A stretch of DNA of 59,069 nt, filler included, from Sphacelaria rigidula (GCA_964200075.2; 7 parts of 7 records of this genome joined end to end with filler, not necessarily neighbours in it); one strand, 5' to 3'; shown: positions 36,621 to 50,726, numbered from the whole stretch's first letter. A program made the numbers and translations. The notes: generated by a model not told the origin, from the letters alone.

Positions 36621-38179
36621 GCATAAAGCTGGGAGGGGAAGGAAAGGGGGAGGGAAGCCACCAAGGAGAAACGTGGTTGAGCTGACCCGCCACAACACCG
36701 TCACCATATTGCCCAGTACTGTAATATATGGCTGAACAGGTCTGCATATCCACTAGCGTTGCGATGCAGAAGGAAGCGGAAACGAGTCACAGACGTCGAT
36801 CGTTCAAGTGTTCGGGGAATTGGACGCACACTGTACTGTTGAACACGCGAACATGGTGTTATGACTGTTGTGCCGTCTGTACAACGTACAAGGCCCCGCT
36901 GTGCCCACGCTCATCATTTCCGCATGATGCAGTTGTCGGCACTGCGGTGCGTTTATACCCTGCTACGAACACGTTTTGATCTGGGCTGGACATTTGCCTG
37001 GGCTGCTGTATCGCCACTGTGTTCCCGTCTGTGCCGAATTGGGGTGGCAACACAGTGCTGCGTATACGAACTTGGAAAAGTCACGTGATGGCTGTGCAGC
37101 CCTTGTGTCTTCTCAAGGTGCCATTGTAAAGGTGCACAACAACTCCTGGGTCACGCCGACTTCATGTACGTGCAACTCCAATTTTGTGCCACTAAAGTGT
37201 TTTTTTCACGTCTCCATTCAAAATCACGGCAGGCAAAACACAGCGTTGAGTATTTTCAATAAGAAAATTTTGAACGGCTCTCATGAGGCCACTTCTTATC
37301 TGTAAAAAAAAGCACAATGACAAGAGCTGCTTTTCAACAACTCGTATTCTGACAGACTACTATGAAGGAGCCGTTCTTCTGTCACCCGGACGTTATCAAA
37401 ATCGGGAAAAGCTGTTTTCATCGTGCTCCACGTGGCGTGGGGGCACAGCTGTCAGATTTTGGTGCGCGTGAGAAAGACACGGCGCTTCGCTGTTGTATCG
37501 TGGTGTACGGTCCCGTACTACACTGCAATATTAACTGAGCAGTACGTGGTGAGCTGCATGACGCAAGGACGTCCGTGAGTGAACCGTCTAGCTTTACTCA
37601 TTGTCCGCAGCTCTGACGGTTGTGCAGTAAGCTGCACGGTAATACAGTGTACGAACAACACGAACAATAGTACAGTGCTGTCATGTATGTACTCACTGTG
37701 GTGCTACAGTAGTAGCATTACGTATAGGCTTGTGTGTACAGTACGGTACTGTCTCAGGGAGACTTGGGTACATGGACAGTCTGTACTACATTGCGACTTC
37801 TGTTGGCAACACGCTGCTTGCACATAGCTGAGCTGCGCTACAATACGGCACGGACTACATGCGTACTGTACTGGTAATCGGCCCCGCCTTCTACTGATGT
37901 CATGGGATAAAGGCCCACAACGCTACTGCCGGGTGAAGACGAGGACGTAATACGCTGACTGATCGCGAGCAGCGACGGTAGTGATGGCAGCCAAGCCAGC
38001 ATGGGTGTTGTGAGGTGTGAAGGGGTATGGTTTGTGTTGATGAGCAAGCGAATTTCAAACGCTGTCAATCACGTTTTTCCAATTGACATCAGCTATCAGA
38101 AACAAAAAACCACTGAAAAACGCGTTGTCTGATTACACAGAAGTGGATTTTGGTCTTATTCAGCCAGTGGCAGAGACAG

Positions 38180-38408
38180 GCCATTTATTTCTCTTCTTTT
38201 CTTTTCTTTCCTTTCCTTTTTATTCCTTTTTTCTTCCCTTTTTTCTACGCCTTGATCTACCATGTTGTTCTGTTCTGCTTTTTCTGTTACTTACTCTTCT
38301 CTGCAGCGAGTGTTCAAGTTCTGTTTTGCCTTGGGTACGTCTATCATGTATCCACGGCTGGATCCCTGGGGGGGGGCAGTTATTGAAGTGCCACAATCAA
38401 TCAATCAC
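38180..38408 (+). mobile_element. Non-LTR retroelement 3'-end fragment with (CAAT)n tail
   Basis: T-rich tract followed by a conserved block and caatcaatcaatca; homologous to 11399-11600 (-). Confidence 0.55.
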
Positions 38409-38475
38409 TTCAGCAAACGTTTTTTTTTCATAGTGGTCATTTGACACATAAGAAGTGACCTACGAGTTCGTCATT

Positions 38476-38510
38476 TTATAATTATAATTATAATTATAAT
38501 TATAATTATT
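38476..38510. repeat. (TATAAT)n microsatellite
   Basis: Direct reading. Confidence 0.9.
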
Positions 38511-39400
38511 TCCGCACATTAGTCCGATCTCGCGAACCCGCGGTCACAAACGGCTCGCCTTTCCAACACCGCCCCTGCTATTCCTTACAAGACATTACAA
38601 GAAATAAAAATGAGAAGAGAGAAGCCACAAAAACGGTGAGAAGTAGCTCCCCCGAGTTCAATGGGAAGGGAAGAGGAAGAAAAAAAAGAAAAACAAACAA
38701 ACAAACAGCAAATGCCACATATGCTGAAAATGTACACGCATCAGTTCAATGTGGGAGACTGAAAAAGATATCTGGTGCTTGAGGAATGTCAGATTTTAGG
38801 CTTGCTCAGCCCGTAGGACGAAAAACAAGTAGCCGACAACTGATCAGTTTCGTGCAGTTCGTGATGAAGTCGAAATTGCGGAGTACACCTTCACGATATT
38901 GGGAAGTGGGTCATTGTACGAGATGGGCCAGCCTAGAAGCGGATCTGTCGGTTACGGGCCCGTTCATGTCTCAATTATGAGAGTTAGATCCTCCAAACTT
39001 GGTGCGGAGAATATCTAGGGCATGATGAAAACAAGTATTTGGGGACAAGGCGACTATTTTGTTCCTCATTGGTCAAGTCCAATACTTATGATTCAGGTTT
39101 CAGTACATTTTCCGTAACTCATGATATAAAATATCTTCTTCTTCAAGTATTGGTTTTTATCATGCCCCAGCAACTCTCCACACCAAAAGGTTGACGTTCT
39201 ACTCTGGAAATTCGGGTGAGAACGGTCGATTTAGGAGTTAGGCCGGTCGGTTTTGCGCAAAGTATTTTGTAGCCCATTCACCACTACAGATTTCGGTCCT
39301 GGTGCTTTGAAATTCGTGTGGGATATCGCTGGGGCGTGATGCGAAAAGAATTTGAGACACGTCGTTTTATATTTAGCTCTTGATGAGTTGAGGACGTTTT

Positions 39401-39782
39401 AGTGTAGTGTGTGTGTGCGTGTGCGTTGTTATCTCATCTACTCTGGACGACAGTCTACACCTTTCGGTATATGTGGGCGCATCAGCCGCGGTCACACAGG
39501 AGGATGGTCAACAAACGAGTTTTTTCTTCTTTATTTTGTTCAAGTCTCCACCTTCCTTCTGCGGTGTTAGCACTCTATTCATTAGCGCGAGAGGATTCCA
39601 GCAGGATTTTTCCCTCGTTGACCGTGAAGTCGATTTTTTTGTACCCACGGCATCGTCTCTCTCCACTGTTGGGCGGTGTGTGAAAAAAAGTCCTAAATCG
39701 TGTGACAGCACCGAGATTCGAACCCGCGACCCAACCGTTCGAGGATTCCGAGGTTATCGACTGACCCACCGGGGCGACCGGT
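39401..39782 (-). mobile_element. tRNA-derived SINE
   Basis: Reverse complement begins ccggtcgccccggtgggtcag...gggttcgaatctcgg, with the same body and tail as 34433. Confidence 0.85.
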
Positions 39783-39961
39783 CAGTATGGACTACAGTAT
39801 CTATAGACGGTGACGTCGCTAACCCACGAAAACATCGTTGGCCCCGGGGGTGCATCAATTCAATTTTTCAAGCAACATAATCCCCAAAGGTTGAAAAAAT
39901 CGAGAAAAAGAGGTTCCGGAGGGGTTGGGCGCCGGGCGGGAGGCCTGCGCTAATTACATTA

Positions 39962-40050
39962 ATCTAGTGTGGTGATCAACTACTTGATCTTGGTGTGGTG
40001 ATCAACTACTTGATCTTAGTGTGGTGATCAACTACTTGATCTTAGTGTGG
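39962..40050. repeat. 26-bp tandem repeat (tagtgtggtgatcaactacttgatct), about 3.4 copies
   Basis: Direct reading. Confidence 0.9.
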
Positions 40051-40148
40051 TACAGTAGAATATTTGATTCTAGTATACAGTTTGATCCACATTTGATGAT
40101 GGTGTAGACACTGGAGCACGGTTAAACAACAACAGTTTAGCTTACTTA

Positions 40149-40529
40149 CATACGCGGCCATTCGGGTACCCCCATCAAAATCCTCTCTCGCGATTTCCAT
40201 CCTCTCGAGGGTAAAATACCCTCTGGAGGATATTTTATCTCCAGGTGAGGTGATGAACGAATCCTCTGGAGGGCATCTGATGCTCCAGTGACTTCTGAGG
40301 TCTGAATCCCCCGAGAGTAACAACGAAAATGGTGCTCTGAAGGGCCGCGCATCCTCCAAATTCTTCCGGAGGGGTGCGCGGCCCTCCAGAGGCAAAACAA
40401 GCCTCTGGCGGCGTTTGATCTCATCCCTCTGTAGGGCCTGGCACCCTCTGGAGGCGTTTAATTCCTCTGGAGGCTCGAAAAGCTGACCGGAACCGAGTAT
40501 TTTTGGGGATAGCCGAATGGCCGGTTGTG
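40149..40529. mobile_element. MITE with CCTCCGGAGG subrepeats (copy 2)
   Basis: Ends catacgcggccattcgg / ccgaatggccggttgtg and the same subrepeats as 32804 and 51217. Confidence 0.8.
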
Positions 40530-41186
40530 ACACGAATGGACAGTGCACAACAGAGTCTGGATAGTGCTCGCGGAGTAGTCTTGATGCTTGCCAATGAGCG
40601 TCTCACTACGGCTAACACAATTATGCAGCAATTTACACCAGGGCTCGCAAGCTCTATACCACTGTCGACTGCGATTATAGTATTCGAAAGTGATCGCGGG
40701 TCAGGCAAGTTCGGCCCGGTTGCAGCAACGGCAACCTTCACGGCGATCAGAGCAAGAAGACTGTCACGCACATGTCACGAAACATGATTGCTGCTTGCGC
40801 CTTTAAACATGAAAAAAAGTGCAAGATGGGTTGCGACTAAGTGGCTCAAATCCCTAGCGAAAAATATTCGACTGCGTTCGTTCGTCGAAAGTAACCCGGG
40901 TCAGCGGGATATTCCACGCCCCCCACCCCCCGCCCACCCCCGTTGTCCCCCTGTACGTTTCATCATCGCGCACATACACCGTACATATCGCCTTCTAGCG
41001 CACGAACGTGTTTGGCACCTCAAGACCTTGCCCCGAAATCAGCGCGGCACATAGCAGCAACATAAGAATTGAAAAGAAACGTACGTGTCTTTGTTGAAAA
41101 AATCGGGCCCAAGAGTGGGATTCGTAGGGGGTTGGGGTTGGCCATTTCCAATCCTGATGTACCCCTGTTGGCCCCTTTTATTTTTC

Positions 41187-41545
41187 AGTGTGTTGTGTGT
41201 GTTGTCGTCCCATATATTCTGGACGCCGGTCTACACCTTTCGGTCTATGTTGGCGTACCAGCCAGGGTCACACAGGAGGGTCAACATGTGAGTGTGTTTT
41301 TTCTCTATTTGTTTTAGGTACTCCACCTTCCTTTTGCGGTGCTTACCTTTCCTTTTTCATCACGAGACGGGTTTCGCTGTCCCTCTTCCTCGTCGACCAT
41401 TAAATCGAGTTTCGTGGACCCACGTCATGGTCGATCTCCACTGTTGGACACCGTGTGAGAAAATTCCACATCGCTTCGAGATTGCAACCCACGAACCAAC
41501 CGTCAAATGGTTTTGAGGTTACCAACTGAGCCACCGGGGCGCCCG
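41187..41545 (-). mobile_element. tRNA-derived SINE
   Basis: Reverse complement starts gcgccccggtggctcagttggt, with the shared body and ACA-rich tail. Confidence 0.85.
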
Positions 41546-41717
41546 ACCATGTGTCCTTGCGGTTCTCCATACTTGATTTCAAATCATATTTCTGAATATT
41601 TAGCTGAGGGATGAAGATGAGGGTCAAAGAGAATGCCCTTTTTTTTTTACGTCCCAAAGAAATGAAGAACAGATTGAAAATGAAGAGAAGACTTTTCGTC
41701 CCAATATTTGTTTTGAA

Positions 41718-41934
41718 CCCTGTTGCGATCCTTTTCCACCACAATCGTGTGTCAGTGGCACGTGTCCATTGTTGTCAAGTCAAGATGATGCCAATTCACA
41801 CCTTTTTGTGGATTGGCATCATTTTGACTTGAAAACAAAACTAATGGACACCTGCCACTAACACACGATTGTGAGGGGAAAGTGGGGAAAAAAGCCACAA
41901 ATATATCATTGTGGGAAGTCCGGTCCCAAAAGGG
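41718..41934. mobile_element. Possible piggyBac-like MITE
   Basis: TGAA|CCC...GGG|TTAA ends; internal inverted repeat cacaatcgtgtgtcagtggcacgtgtccatt / aatggacacctgccactaacacacgattgtg. Confidence 0.45.
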
Positions 41935-42165
41935 TTAATATGCCCTAGCATTTCTCCGCACCAAATTGACAGTCCAACTCTAAAGATTGAGGTGAGACCG
42001 GGCGATTTGGTGCATTTAGTGCCCTTGCCCACAATATATTGATTTTAGTATAGTATATTATGTGCGCAATATCTCCAGATAACAGCCAATCATCTATGTT
42101 GAGGATGGTGCTTTTGATTGAGGATGAGAACCCGGGGGATTAAAATCTTCAATCAAAAGCACCAT

Positions 42166-42265
42166 NNNNNNNNNNNNNNNNNNNNNNNNNNNNNNNNNNN
42201 NNNNNNNNNTTAATTAATTAANNNNNNNNNNNNNNNNNNNNNNNNNNNNNNNNNNNNNNNNNNNN
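42166..42265. other. Artificial contig-joining spacer
   Basis: N44-TTAATTAATTAA-N44. Confidence 0.98.
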
Positions 42266-42304
42266 AAAGAATGATGTAAGCCGTGATAGTAACAGAGAGG
42301 GGTA

Positions 42305-42339
<35 letters not shown>

Positions 42340-42653
42340 ACAACTTCGGAAGATGTTCTGCATGCAGTCTTCATGTTTACACAGCAAGGAAAACCAGGCA
42401 CGACTCGCGTCAGACCTCCTGCCACGACCGTTATCCGCTCTCAAACCTCATACCGAACATGAAACACAGTAGGACGGTGCAGGGCAGGATCCGCTCTTGT
42501 CCTCTGTCTTATTGATTTGTAGGGGCTCCTAATTTCCACCGTGGCAGAATACGTGTGTACAATTGGATTCATATAGAGCCAATCATCCGAACCGCCACAG
42601 ACTGCATTTTGCATGACTTGCACCCGGAAAGTGGCTGCTAGGCATCCACTCAC

Positions 42654-44605
42654 CCGAAATCCGAAGTGCCACTTGAACACGTACAGGTCCACTGCACCCT
42701 CGCTCTTCATTTGAATAAATCTGAATGGTTTGATGGTTAATAATTACAAAAGAAGATAACCCGTGAAAAGCAAGCGCGGCAAAAGGATGCTTCATCCCAG
42801 AGTTCAAGGCAAAGCGGGCAGCGTATTACCATGTATCACCGGTGGGCCATGTACAACACAATACGATAGCAAGCCAGCATCACAGTCGCAGCTCGAACCA
42901 GAAAATGCACGACAGCACGACAGCACGAACGACACAGCGGAACAGCGGAACAGCAAGACGCGGCCGGCTACTTCCACGCACGAAACTCCAACCATAGCAG
43001 TCACACTTGCCATCGCGACACACCAAATTTCTCAACCAAGTTCGACATGTACACCGCCACATAACGGCCCACACACAAATTGACACGCACGATTACACAG
43101 GACGTGATACAAGGGATAGACGACACAATGACGAGAGATGCTCGATGGTACCGCAATCGAGACACAAAAATCTAAAACACGGTGGTGTGTGTGACTGACT
43201 TGCTCAACAAACATCACGACCGCAAATAATCTCAAGTGAACTAACTCACTTGATGGCAGCCAAGCGGATGACGATGGGAACGAGGGCAGTGAGGACAGCT
43301 AGCGCCACGACGGGGAGCAGACCGGCGATCAGACCGTACCAGAATGAGTCAGGGTCCGGCACCCATGGAAGCCTGCTCGGTAATTGGACGGTTCATTGGA
43401 CAGTTTGTCAGCAAGGAGACGACATGGCATACCATCCACGGGCGACACTTCTACATCAATTCGCCAACGCGAAACGCGGCCAAGAGTTTTAATTGGACAA
43501 CATCACCAGCTAGCACTTGAGTCGTGAAAATGGAAATAGCTTTCCTCGTTATAACATGCAAATCCGCTTAAAGCCAGTCTTGCACATGCCGCACATGTAG
43601 TTCTCAGGATATTAAAATACCATTATACCCGTTGTACTGGTACCATAGCAAGTTAGCAAATTAACAACTTCCGATTGAGCGGGCACAGGTGGCAGTCACA
43701 CGTGCACAATGTGTTGTGTTGCTCTCAAGTGTGTTTATTTGCTCTCACCAGTCAAGGGTTGCAGCTAGCTGGTCAAGGTCTGCAATGGCCTGCACAAAGG
43801 TGACAGGAACAGCCCACGTGAGGATGCCCAAGGTCCACAGGCAGTTGGCCAGCATGCGCTTGGAGGTAATCTGCCAAAAATGTTCCACAGGAAGTGGTAA
43901 TTAGTGCATTGGATTAGAAAACCGCGTTCCGTAACCATACTGTCAAGACCAGTATACTGTAATAGCATTTAGTACATCCTTGTCGTGAGACTACACAAAA
44001 TACAGCATCACAGATTGTAGCACAAACCATTTTATATTTACTGCACATCACATCACATCATTCACAGACCAAGTGACGTTCAGCGTGCGAAACTACAGGG
44101 GTCAGGCATGAACGCGGTGTCCATGTAGCTGTCTAGCTCAAGTGTAATGCGGTAATGCGAACTTCCATCCCGGCAAGAAAAGGTGCTACCGTCATGAGGT
44201 AGCATGTGTCGTTGACCGTTCGTTGACCGTGCCACTCAATGGTTCAACAACAAACGTTCGCAGCGGTGGCGGCTGGAAGAAATGGAATGGATTCAGTAGT
44301 GCTTGATATTTTTTCAATGGAACTCGCGCCAAGAGTGTATGCAGTGAATCTCACCGCTTTGTCGGGCACGGTGACGTTCTCCCAGATGACGTCATCCGGC
44401 GCAGGGGCGTTGTCAGTATCCTGAAAATAATGTCACAAAATAAACGGAACGTAGGACAGACAGCGATGAATCGACAAATCGATGAATCGAGGAGGCGATC
44501 TATCTCTCAACAGTCAACAGTCAACAGTCAACAGTCAACAGTCAACATATTGAGCAACAATGATGGTAGGGAGTTGGCAAGCATTTTTTTTTCCGGGAGG
44601 AAGGG

Positions 44606-44649
<44 letters not shown>

Positions 44650-47600
44650 GCACAGCAGTGCACAAGAACGTTACCACTGCCACCAAACTTGTCCTCATAG
44701 TTTGCTCCAAGCAAGTGTTGGCAAGTGAGTTTTGCCACTGTCAGCTGCAAGTGGGCAGGATGCCAGCCCAACAGAAAAATGCACAGCAGAGTAAACATGG
44801 AACTTCTACAAACGATTTGTGAAATTACACGTACATCGAACGCATGCTCCAGAGGTACCGTAACACGAGCGTATGCCTTTTGCTTCTTGCATCACGTCCT
44901 AATAATAGAAGCATCAGAGGCAAGGTACACACCATCTCGAACCTCTCTCCCGAGAGGCTGACTCCCACTGCAGTGAGCTTGGTAGCCACGGAAGTGAAGG
45001 CCACAAACCCAGTACTAGATGCCACGGCCGAGCCAGCACCCTGCGCGTGTAGAATCATAATCCAACACAGAAAAGCAAGCCTTCAAAGATAAGCTGGCGA
45101 TGGACGTGAAGGCTAAGATAAGGAACCCGCACCACGATCAAGAAGAGAGAGGAGTGCCGTGGCACCGGGTAAGGGACCAAGGGAGTGCGATACCCGCTCC
45201 AATCGAATCGAGCAAGTCACGAAAGTCACGTCAGCAAAAGCTTGGCTCCTATATGGAATACCTTGGTGATACTGATTGTGACCACGGGTTCGAGAGATCG
45301 AGCTAATGTGATGGATATAATAATAACAATAATAATAATGACTGATTAATGTGCACACCGATGTACCAGTACAATACCGTCAGTAACGCCCCCAGAAAAT
45401 GTGGCGACGGAGCGTGGGACGGAGCGGAAGGGGGAGGGTGAGCAACACGTAGACCAGTCTGCATTAACCTCTAGTCTAGGAACATGAGAAATAAAGCAGA
45501 AACTTCCAAACGGTCCAAGTATAGTACAGTATATCGAAGAAAAACGAAAGAAAAAAATGATCCAGGGTGGAACAGATATTTGTGTAATGCAGGATAGGAC
45601 GGACCAAACGTGACCAATGTCCATCACCACATGCACAACAAACATCGTCACCCTCTCGATGCTTCACGGCCCATTATAGCGTTTGTTCGACAAGCACAAT
45701 CGAGCAACGTCCGTTCTTGGGGGGGAAGGGGGTAGTGGGTCTGGAGTCTTCGTGTCTTTTTGTTCCGTTCCAATTTTCCAGCTGAGAAATAGATCAGCGA
45801 CAATTTCATCTTCTATTAACAAAAGGCTTTAGCTCACGTCCTACTCTCAACTTGCCATGTATGTCATCATCACCATCATGACCCATCACCACTATTAATA
45901 GAAACGACAGCAACGTCACCCTTGATGCAGTTCCATCATAATGTGAAGAGTATCCGGGACGAGCGTACGTAAAACTGCGTAAAACAAGCAACACTGCTGA
46001 CTTTCGGTGGGTGTACAGTACAGTACAATAAAGTACAGTTGACAATTTAGGAAAAGCAAACATTGCCTTGAGGAAGACGGTCCTGCACGTTCCCAGATGA
46101 AAAAAAACAAACGGAAAACGTCCATGTCCACTAAATTGTCATACCTGAGATGCCACCTGACTGATGCGAGTGTGTTCTTTCTCAGCCTTGATAACACATA
46201 CGTTTGTAACAGGCCATCGATTCCATGTAGCGAGTGTGTAGGCATCCATGTAGGCAGTGTATCCATCATGTGACGGGAATCAACAGAGAAAACAGATGGC
46301 CATCGGAAACAAACGGTCGGGTTCATGAACAGGGGTTACTATTATTCCATCTCGCTCGGCTCAAGGAATACTATTACTACACGAGGGACAAGCGCCATTC
46401 ATCAAACTCAAATATTTCACGTCCCAAAGTATCAACTCGTCGACGCGCGTAGCTGTTGCTTGTTAATCGAAGCAACGAGGTGTTGGGGTTGTTGGTGGTG
46501 GCGTGCCCTTGCTCTTGTTTCACGACTTGTTTCACGCCGAATTCAAAAACACCCTCAATGTGTACCTACCGCCCACGCGTGGATGCGGAGGGGGGACTCA
46601 AATGATACATACCACTACATCAGTAGTAGTGCTGCTTTATTAAACCAGAGAATAGACGCGGCAGAGGGGTCCCTCAGTTCTTGATATTATTAGTATTATA
46701 GTGCTTTCAAACATCACAGGATGACGCTGTGTCAAAGGCTTACATAATCCACCCAGCAGCACTTACTTCGTTGATGTGTTTCTGCAGTTCTGAGCGGTAG
46801 TAACTCTCAGTGTCCACCTTCTCGCCTCCGCAGCACAGAACGCCGCCCACCTTAGTCTTCTTCTCCTGAAATCGTCAATATGGACAATATACAGTATAGC
46901 GGGTTACACCATTACAACAACAACTGCGCACACGATAGCATCAAGAGCATCTGTCAGTAAGGGTACTTGCTGCTCAACAGTGGTACTTGGGACTGAGTTG
47001 AGTTTTCAAAGGTTGTCGAGAAAGTGCACTTTCACCCACCATTCTACTATTCGAGTGGCCACAGCAGTCGACAAAATGATCGCGGCGACAAGAGCTTTCG
47101 GATAGAGATAGAGATATACATGGGAGCATCTATTTCGGACCCCTTTCCCCTAAAGACTATAATAGGTCGACCTGCACCTGGCTGTCAGCCCTTCGGTGCG
47201 TGCGGCGGGAAGTACCCTGGTTTCACCATTTCACGAACGATATTGTTCGTGCGAGCAAATCGGACTCGTCACACTACACTAGCCAACACCCTCCACAGCG
47301 AGGAGTAGAGCCTAGCCTAATGTGGGATGGCGGAGCGTGGACCACGGACAGAGGCGTCGTGTTGTTAGAGCGCGGTGCACCTAAAGCGCTTCGAAGGTCA
47401 TTAGAGCCTGTATTTCCCTGCGTTTAGCCGAAAAGTGACCAGGTATGCCCGATTGTGGCGATTGTCTGTCAACATTAGGTGAACGCCTCCGATGTCAACC
47501 TGCCATTTTATCAGGAACAAATACTCACTGTTGATGATACATGATACATGATACATGATACATGGGATTGACTTGTGTGACTACGGCAAAATGTGATGCC

Positions 47601-49206
47601 ACACATGGCATATACCATAACAAAAGGAGGCAACAGAACGGAATGAAACAAATCAGAACACGCGGGTCATGAACTCTCGACAGATCACCACAATAGTTCA
47701 CCTCTTCTGTACCTGTACATGTGATCTTGAGTATTCCGTGCGTACTGCCATGACTGTCATGACAAGAGCCCGGTAGAGGATTGGCAGGGGTGAGCCTTTT
47801 CGCTGGCAAACAGTGACGACAGTGCCGCTATTTTTGCACATTTTGCACACGTTTGGTATATTATACCAAATCATTAGTAGAATATGTTGCGCGTCTTGTG
47901 CCGCCAAACCAGCGCACTACCTATTATAGAGGATTTGTCCTTAAGTTGGTAAACTCTGCTTCCCGGTCTCCTATCAATTTGACGGACTATTTTCTCGCTC
48001 ACTCAATTTTCTCTTTCGATTGTTTCGTCGCCATGATCGGGACCGAGCTTCCAAACACAGGACCTTTTCTTCACCAAACATGCGAGTATAGCATACGTTA
48101 CGATTTCTCCTTACCGCCAATATCAAGTGGTGATCAGTTTTCGCAGATGCTCGCGTTCTACCTTTTATACTTGTCTGGAGATTCAGAGTGGTACATGGAG
48201 CCCACACATGCACCAAGTTGCATTACTGTTGTTCGCTGTTCGCTCTTCACCTTGGGCTTGTCAAGATGCTTCTGGGCCACAGCGTGTTCTATCTTAGCAA
48301 GTGCGTCATCCTTCTCGCTCAGAATTTTCTCTAGATCACCAGCATCCATGCACAGACTGGCGTATGAAACCTGGCAGAACGAGCAGCATAAGCATAACAC
48401 GACAGAGGATCAATCATGTAATAATGTCCCATATCAAGACGTTTGGACGGATTCGACCAGACACATGCTACTATTAGTTTCAACAACAACAAATATTCCA
48501 TCGGTAGCCATCAAGAAGCAGTTGGTTGTATTCCAAAATACCTCTTCAAAAAAGTGTACTGCGTACAGGATGAAATCTTTTGTCTACTGCAATAGGCGCA
48601 ATAGTCGATACTGTACGCAGTACACTTTTGACCGTGTATTCTTCTGTCCAGGGTATGTTGTATTCACCTCCGGTGAACGTGATTCCTCTAACGACTGCCC
48701 TACTGCTGAGCCAAGCACAACGACATTTCTCTTTTGTCATGGCCCGAGTACCCTACGGTACCCTACGGTACCCTACGGTACCCTACGGTACCCTACGGTA
48801 CCCTACGGTACCCTACGGTACCCTACGGTACCCTACGGTACCCTACGGTACCCTAAACACTCGAGAGCATGAAAGCAGCACGGGCAAAGCATCCAGCATC
48901 CAGCATAATCGTCAACCAACAACAGAAAAACCGCAGTCAGGAGCAAAGCACCTCATAGCGACCACTACTATAGAACTAACCTTGCCAGGGAAGAGGTTGT
49001 CGAAGTAGCCGTAAAGGGCAGGCGACGAGCGCTTGTCAACGGGAATGTTTTCTACCACGGCGGAGTAGGCCACCTCTTTGTTCATGTCAGGGTCACCTTC
49101 CGCCAAGAACTGGGACCTCTTGGGCACGAAGTTTTCCCATTCCTTCCAAAGGAGGTACAATGCCCAAAACACCACGATATAGTAGAAACCCACAGAGTAC
49201 CACAGC
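42654..49206 (-). CDS. OSCA/TMEM63 (CSC1-like) mechanosensitive/osmosensitive cation channel, internal exons
   Basis: Nine GT-AG exons in consistent phase: 48981-49206, 48251-48370, 46767-46865, 46145-46186, 44933-45040, 44355-44420, 43749-43870, 43250-43372 and 42654-42720. Motifs YSAVVENIP, YFDNLFPGKV, TGFVAF, APAPDDVIWEN, WAVPVTFVQAIADL and LIAGLLPVVAL. Confidence 0.92.
44626..44646. repeat. (TAC)n microsatellite in OSCA intron (array begins about 44606)
   Basis: Direct reading; a (CAACAGT)n array lies nearby at 44508-44547. Confidence 0.8.
48748..48855. repeat. Perfect 10-bp tandem repeat (CCCTACGGTA), about 10.5 copies
   Basis: Direct reading; lies inside an OSCA intron. Confidence 0.95.
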
Positions 49207-50618
49207 CTGTTGGAATCCGCGGAGATCAACAGTACGGCACGGGAACGAAGAACACGAAATATTTCATCAGCGACACAGCTCTTCAAGCGTACCCGCGGTA
49301 TCCGACAAATGGACGAGTGGTCCATCACCATGTAGACTGCTCGAGTACAGCGGATAATGTCCGTCACTTTGGCATCTCCGCCACGTGTACGTGTGAGATG
49401 ATATTTAGATGATGCCCGTCAGCAACAGACGAAAGCTGTAAAACACGTCTTTATGACTCTTCTGTACAGAGTCCTGTGGTGATGTCTCTTTTCATATTGA
49501 CAGCTATTAAATAGTCCCCACCGACAATAATGTCTGTACTTGTACGTGGACTGCTTATATCGCAACGCTAACGTTGTAAAAGTGTTAGGTGTGCAGTGAA
49601 ACTGCACATCTGCCGTCATAGAGAAGAGCGTGGTGCTCATACCCCCACCCATGATAATAGAGAGTTTCGGAAACACAAATCAGAACTCAGGGATAATCAA
49701 GAAAGTTGGGATTTTGAGGCCAGGATATGACGAATTCCCTTAAGTAAACCCCGAAAACTGAACCCTGAGAAGAGACATGCGCAGCAACTCAGGTTTAATT
49801 TTCAATTTTTCAAGAAAAAAAACTGAGTTGCTAGACACCCCAAAGCGTTGGTGCCAAACTCAGGGCTATGAAACGGAACTAGACACCCTGCCCCATAACG
49901 ACCAGGGGTACAGAATACAGCCGTAGGACAAATATCAGCAGTGAGGCGGTGGCGGATGTCGTGAACGCCCGCGATAGCACTGGTGATGGCAGCTCGTTCA
50001 TAAGGGTGACCCAAAACTACGAGGAGCACTTGGAGGCGAACGGGGGAGCCGAGACACCAGTCGAAGTGGCTCATGATGATGCGAAAGGGCGGGAGTCGGC
50101 CGCTCAAGCAGCTGCCATGAGGACTTGACGAAATGGCAACCCAACGTGAAGCTTGCGTTAGCTCGCGCAGTTACACCACCGTTGGGTGGCCATTTTGTCG
50201 AGATCCCCGTAGCGGCTGCATGGGAGGCCCACTTCAGCCCTTCCACGTCATCTCTAGCCAGGTCGACAGGTGTCTCTCTGTTCCCCCTCTCGCCTTCACG
50301 CAGCTAGGATTACTGCGTGTGGTGAACCTTTATCGAGAACTACTGTAATTTCTCAAAGTATGCAAACGGACACACATAAGCATGTGCACACTTGTACTAC
50401 AGACAACAGCAGTGCAGTACTACAGACAGTCTGAGTCGTACAGTACAGTACAGTACAGAACACTTTCTACCGAAAGTATACAAAACTGTCGACAGACAGC
50501 GCAACACCAGTGGAACAGTAGTAGTACAACCCTCAACTGTCTCAACTCAATAGTGCTCTACCAGACACCGACATGTGCAGCACTTGTGAATGACTAGCGG
50601 GCGCCGAGGTGCACTGCC

Positions 50619-50718
50619 NNNNNNNNNNNNNNNNNNNNNNNNNNNNNNNNNNNNNNNNNNNNTTAATTAATTAANNNNNNNNNNNNNNNNNNNNNNNNNN
50701 NNNNNNNNNNNNNNNNNN
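50619..50718. other. Artificial contig-joining spacer
   Basis: N44-TTAATTAATTAA-N44. Confidence 0.98.
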
Positions 50719-50726
50719 GGGGGGGG

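Noticed and set aside
47853..48872. 339-aa plus-strand ORF
   Set aside because: Antisense to OSCA exon and intron sequence and extended by the stop-free 10-bp repeat.
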